From sequence record OP729297.1: a stretch of DNA of 64,000 nt. One strand, 5' to 3'. A program made the translations under genes and the position numbers. Positions 60,707 through 64,000 of the stretch are shown one piece after another (the first letter of the stretch is position 1; every line of letters starts with the position of its first letter). Below the pieces are notes generated by a model. It made no database searches. It saw only the letters and a program-made list of their open reading frames with translations, and was not told the origin of the DNA.

Positions 60707-61812
60707 TGGCGTTAACGCATTTCAAGGTAGATCGCACGTTCAAGGAGAATACGTATAGCGGGCAGTATCGTCCGCAACAAATGCGTAGCGCAACTCCTTA
60801 CGTGCTTGATACTATCATTCGTCAAGTCCTCGCCTATTTGATTGAAGCTCAGATGCCTTTCACCAAGTCGCTGAACTTCACTCTGGTGAACGTGTACTCG
60901 ACGGATAACGATATGTCGATGGGTTACTCGAATCGTCCTGATGATTCAGTGATCATGATTGACAGCGGTATCTGCTTCACGTTCTGCCTGAAACCTCGCG
61001 CTAACCGTATTCTCCCGCAGCCGATGACTCAACTTGGCCGCGGGCGTTACTGGCGCTTGTGGGGCGTTGACAATAACAACGAATACATCACTATTGGTCT
61101 TCCACGTTCGGTCATCTTTGGTCTGAACGGCAATGGTGTTGAGATGCTGAATGTGGTGTACAACACTATCGGTGCTGTCACGCGCAACTACGTCCAGCTG
61201 GTATCGAGTTCGAACCTTGCTCCTTCGCAGAGCGCTCGCGATCTTGCATCGCAGGCGAACCAAGTGAAAGACCTGACTGTATCGAACCTGATGCGCACAG
61301 TGCCTTACGATGAATGGCACTTCAATATCAACATCTGGAAAGACTACTCGGAGATGCTTATCCCCGACGTGATGCGTAAAGACTTTCCGCTTTACTTCTG
61401 TATTTTCATCCTGCCTGGCTTGTATCTGCCTAACGTAGGTAAAGCTGGTACGGAGTTCATCGAGAAGACTGTGGTTGACTTTGTTGCGAAAGGCCTGATG
61501 AAGATTGCTGCTTCTCTGGCTTCGCCGATTGTTGATCAGAGTCCTGAGTTGCTTGCTGCACTCTATCTCCTTCTGACTCCTACGCAGGACACGAGCGATA
61601 TGGAAGCGAGTAACGTGGAACGAACGAACTTCGTGCGTAGCTACTTCTACAACCTGAGCCAGAACATGCAAAACGTTCCTGAGTATCAGGCTAAGGTAGT
61701 GCGTACTGCGAACTCCAACCACGTTGCAATGGCGAGAGCGCTAATCGAAGGTGGGTATAATGACCAGCTACGCAATTTGATTGAGTACCTGGGACTCACT
61801 AAGGCAGACTGA
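60706..61812 (+). CDS. putative virion protein
   Basis: 368 aa, TAATG-coupled. Confidence 0.75.
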   Translation: MALTHFKVDRTFKENTYSGQYRPQQMRSATPYVLDTIIRQVLAYLIEAQMPFTKSLNFTLVNVYSTDNDMSMGYSNRPDDSVIMIDSGICFTFCLKPRANRILPQPMTQLGRGRYWRLWGVDNNNEYITIGLPRSVIFGLNGNGVEMLNVVYNTIGAVTRNYVQLVSSSNLAPSQSARDLASQANQVKDLTVSNLMRTVPYDEWHFNINIWKDYSEMLIPDVMRKDFPLYFCIFILPGLYLPNVGKAGTEFIEKTVVDFVAKGLMKIAASLASPIVDQSPELLAALYLLLTPTQDTSDMEASNVERTNFVRSYFYNLSQNMQNVPEYQAKVVRTANSNHVAMARALIEGGYNDQLRNLIEYLGLTKAD

Positions 61813-61813
61813 T

Positions 61814-62977
61814 ATGCGCACAACAGAAGGTAACGTACTGGTCCTCGAGGAAAGTTTCTTCGACGATCTAGACCAGCCTGTTTATCCACAGTCAGATGAT
61901 ATGGGGCCTGTAGTAAGCCTCATTGACCCTGACGATAAATCGGTGCTGGCTCAAGTGGTCGCAACGCCGGGAGAAGTGCCTGGCTACTGGACTGCTGATG
62001 TTGCGATTCCTAACATGGGGCTGGTGGACGATAAACGTCTGACAGTCAAATGGCGCTATGATTCCGAAGAAGGGATCATGCAGTCGAGTCAGGAACTCAT
62101 TGTTGAGCCACTGACTGAGAACCGTGTTACGGATATCGTTACGCTTTTTGGTGATAACGAAACGTTTGAGATGACGTTGCCGTTTCACTTCGATACGCGT
62201 GGCGATAAGCTGAAATTCCAGCTCGCGTTAAACAACCAAATCGTTGCATCTGATATCGACTCCGGCGATGCAGGTGTGAAGATGATTGTGAACCGCGCCA
62301 AGACCTGCGTGTTTCAGGTGCCTGTGTGGGTTGCTACTCGTCGCTTAGAGCCGATTAGTTTAATCGCGCAGTACACTTCTGCCTCACGCAAGACAACCAA
62401 GATGCTGACGTATAAGCTGTGGGCAGTAACGCCGCAGATTCTTATTGCAGCGTCGATGGTAGAAGACCACATCAACAAAGCGCGTCAGTACAACGTTATT
62501 CCTGAACTGGAATATACGCAAGCTGACCTGATTGGTTATCTGTATCGTGGTCTGGCGTTGTTCAACATGATTGGCCCGCGTGTTACTGGTTTCAACGGTA
62601 CGAACATGCAAGGCACAATCCTTGACGGCTGGATTACCTGTAGTTGTTACTATGCGCTCGCTGCTCAGTTACAGGCAGAAGGGCAAATGGCTTTCGACTT
62701 CACAGGGCAGGTCGTTAACTTAAACATGGACCGCACACCTTCGATTGAGGCTGCTCTCGGTAGACTCGAAACGCAGATTCAAGGTCCTGTTACGAACTTG
62801 AAGAACAAACTGTCTAAGGCCGGAATCAACGACGGTGATGGTTCTCAGGGTTCTGGTGCGATTGACGGTGCTCGCGCACTTGGCAAGCTCGGCATCACAA
62901 ACAGCCCAACCACCAAATGGGCTACTGTTGGTAACCGCAGTATCTGGGTCAATGCGCGATATCGCGTAACAGGCTAA
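61814..62977 (+). CDS. putative virion protein (possible head-tail adaptor)
   Basis: Start moved to MRTTEG; helical C-terminal region; function is a guess from context. Confidence 0.65.
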   Translation: MRTTEGNVLVLEESFFDDLDQPVYPQSDDMGPVVSLIDPDDKSVLAQVVATPGEVPGYWTADVAIPNMGLVDDKRLTVKWRYDSEEGIMQSSQELIVEPLTENRVTDIVTLFGDNETFEMTLPFHFDTRGDKLKFQLALNNQIVASDIDSGDAGVKMIVNRAKTCVFQVPVWVATRRLEPISLIAQYTSASRKTTKMLTYKLWAVTPQILIAASMVEDHINKARQYNVIPELEYTQADLIGYLYRGLALFNMIGPRVTGFNGTNMQGTILDGWITCSCYYALAAQLQAEGQMAFDFTGQVVNLNMDRTPSIEAALGRLETQIQGPVTNLKNKLSKAGINDGDGSQGSGAIDGARALGKLGITNSPTTKWATVGNRSIWVNARYRVTG

Positions 62978-62988
62978 CCCTAAGTTTA

Positions 62989-62996
62989 CTAATTTC
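62989..62996 (+). promoter_or_regulatory. class C motif CTAATTTC
   Basis: Upstream of the 63024 gene. Confidence 0.6.
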
Positions 62997-63023
62997 AATT
63001 GTCGAAACATTCAGGAGATGACA

Positions 63024-63824
63024 ATGAAGGCTTTCATCAAACAGATTGACCAGCTCAACGACAACCAGAGCGTGGCCATCGTGCAAGTGACTCACAACGT
63101 CGGCGAAAACATTGCTGACAACTTCGGTGCTGTAGTCAGTGCTTCCTGCAATCGTGAATATATGCCGGTCGCTGGTGCAACTACTGTGATTGAGCCAGGC
63201 AAAACCACCAGCTTCGTCCGCACCATTCTGAACCGTATGCAGGATGTTATTCCTGTGTCTCAGATGGGCGACGAGTTCCAGGCACTGTCTAAAAACATGT
63301 ACATGGACAAGTCCGAGCGCATGTGGGCAGTACGCCGTAGCGAAAGCGGTGAAGACGTGCTGGTACGCGAGAGCGATGCCAATGACAACTCTGAACTGAT
63401 CGATATGATTCGTTCTGTGTCTGGTGCTGCTAACATTAACCTGGCTTCGTCTATGCCTACTCTGGCGCAGGCGATTGCTCGTCACAACCTGGTGCTGGCT
63501 GGCGCTGTCGGTGGTGACATGGTTAGCTTCGTGTCTAACTCTGGCGATCTGAAAGTTGGTTTCGTTGCTGCTAACGTTACCGATGACAACACCTTCCTCG
63601 TTGTTGACACTCAGGGCAACGAAGAACAGATCAGCTCCATGAGCATGGTCGCTGTGCTGTCTGGCGACGAGCTGGACGAGAAACACTTCCCACAGGTTGA
63701 TAGCGTGTCTGCTGCCGCTGGCGTTGACGTGCCGAAACTGTTGAGCTACTATGCTCAGGTGTTCCGTTACAGCCCTGACTACTACGCTAAGATCGAAGGT
63801 ATCATCAAAGGTCACAGCTTCTAA
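63024..63824 (+). CDS. putative virion/head protein
   Basis: SD AGGAG; internal DSVSAAAG. Confidence 0.75.
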   Translation: MKAFIKQIDQLNDNQSVAIVQVTHNVGENIADNFGAVVSASCNREYMPVAGATTVIEPGKTTSFVRTILNRMQDVIPVSQMGDEFQALSKNMYMDKSERMWAVRRSESGEDVLVRESDANDNSELIDMIRSVSGAANINLASSMPTLAQAIARHNLVLAGAVGGDMVSFVSNSGDLKVGFVAANVTDDNTFLVVDTQGNEEQISSMSMVAVLSGDELDEKHFPQVDSVSAAAGVDVPKLLSYYAQVFRYSPDYYAKIEGIIKGHSF

Positions 63825-63833
63825 ACAAACCCT

Positions 63834-63861
63834 AAAGGGAGCCTCACGGGGTTCCCTTTTT
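63834..63861 (+). terminator. intrinsic terminator
   Basis: AAAGGGAGCC-TCAC-GGGGTTCCCTTTTT. Confidence 0.75.
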
Positions 63862-63883
63862 CGTTTCCACTGAGGATTTCAAC

Positions 63884-64000
63884 ATGGCGGCCATAAGCTT
63901 GGATGACATTGGCTCTTTCGCACAATCTGCAAAGACAGGCAAAAAGAGCAAAGCGAAAGTTAAAGCTAAGACCACCGTCAAGAAAGCTAAGACAGTTAGC
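63884..64000 (+). CDS. Lys-rich protein, truncated by the window edge
   Basis: MAAISLDDIGSFAQSAKTGKKSKAKVKAK...; SD GAGG. Confidence 0.65.
   Translation, partial: MAAISLDDIGSFAQSAKTGKKSKAKVKAKTTVKKAKTVS

Noticed and set aside
60946-63815. 258-aa and 288-aa minus-strand ORFs (60946-61722, 62949-63815)
   Set aside because: Shadows of strongly codon-biased plus-strand genes.
1-64000. Prophage or integrative element; phage-nucleus (chimallin/PhuZ) system
   Set aside because: No integrase or att sites, and no recognisable chimallin, tubulin or multisubunit RNAP genes in this window; absence elsewhere in the genome cannot be judged.

Overview
This 64 kb window is a gene-dense piece of a large lytic (jumbo-type) tailed phage genome. 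I found no integrase, tRNA, rRNA or CRISPR array. Genes run almost entirely on the minus strand up to ~32.95 kb (exception: primase locus, 27.5-28.8 kb) and on the plus strand from 33.05 kb. The left ~10 kb is an accessory region: RNA 2'-phosphotransferase, NADAR-like, GNAT-like, XRE-HTH, RHH and many small unknown genes. The middle carries replication, recombination and transcription genes: intein-containing RecA, gp32-like SSB, sigma-70-like factor, Acb1-like 2H phosphoesterase, Cas4-like nuclease, primase, RuvC-like resolvase, PolA/TV-Pol-like protein, HAD nucleotidase, DnaX-like clamp loader and SbcC/SbcD. The right part has probable virion and lysis genes: GH108 endolysin, Tlde1-like peptidase, three paralogous proteins, a histone H1-like protein and putative head/neck proteins. 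From memory, the gene content resembles enterobacterial 'hairy' jumbo myoviruses (Erwinia Y3 / Dickeya JA-AD1-like); this is unverified inference. Main unexplained signals: (1) an N-terminal peptide tag M[EQ]IxVSLS on seven otherwise unrelated proteins, encoded with mixed AGY/TCN Ser codons (candidate capsid-targeting/protease signal); (2) a ~250-nt highly structured intergenic RNA candidate at 40.76-41.0 kb; (3) three recurring promoter-like motif classes; (4) a PolA/TV-Pol-like gene next to an origin-like repeat region; (5) an SSB with an alternating poly-Asp/poly-Lys tail. Many ORF-track starts were moved to the downstream ATG with a Shine-Dalgarno (SD). Product calls come from reading motifs by eye, not from database searches.
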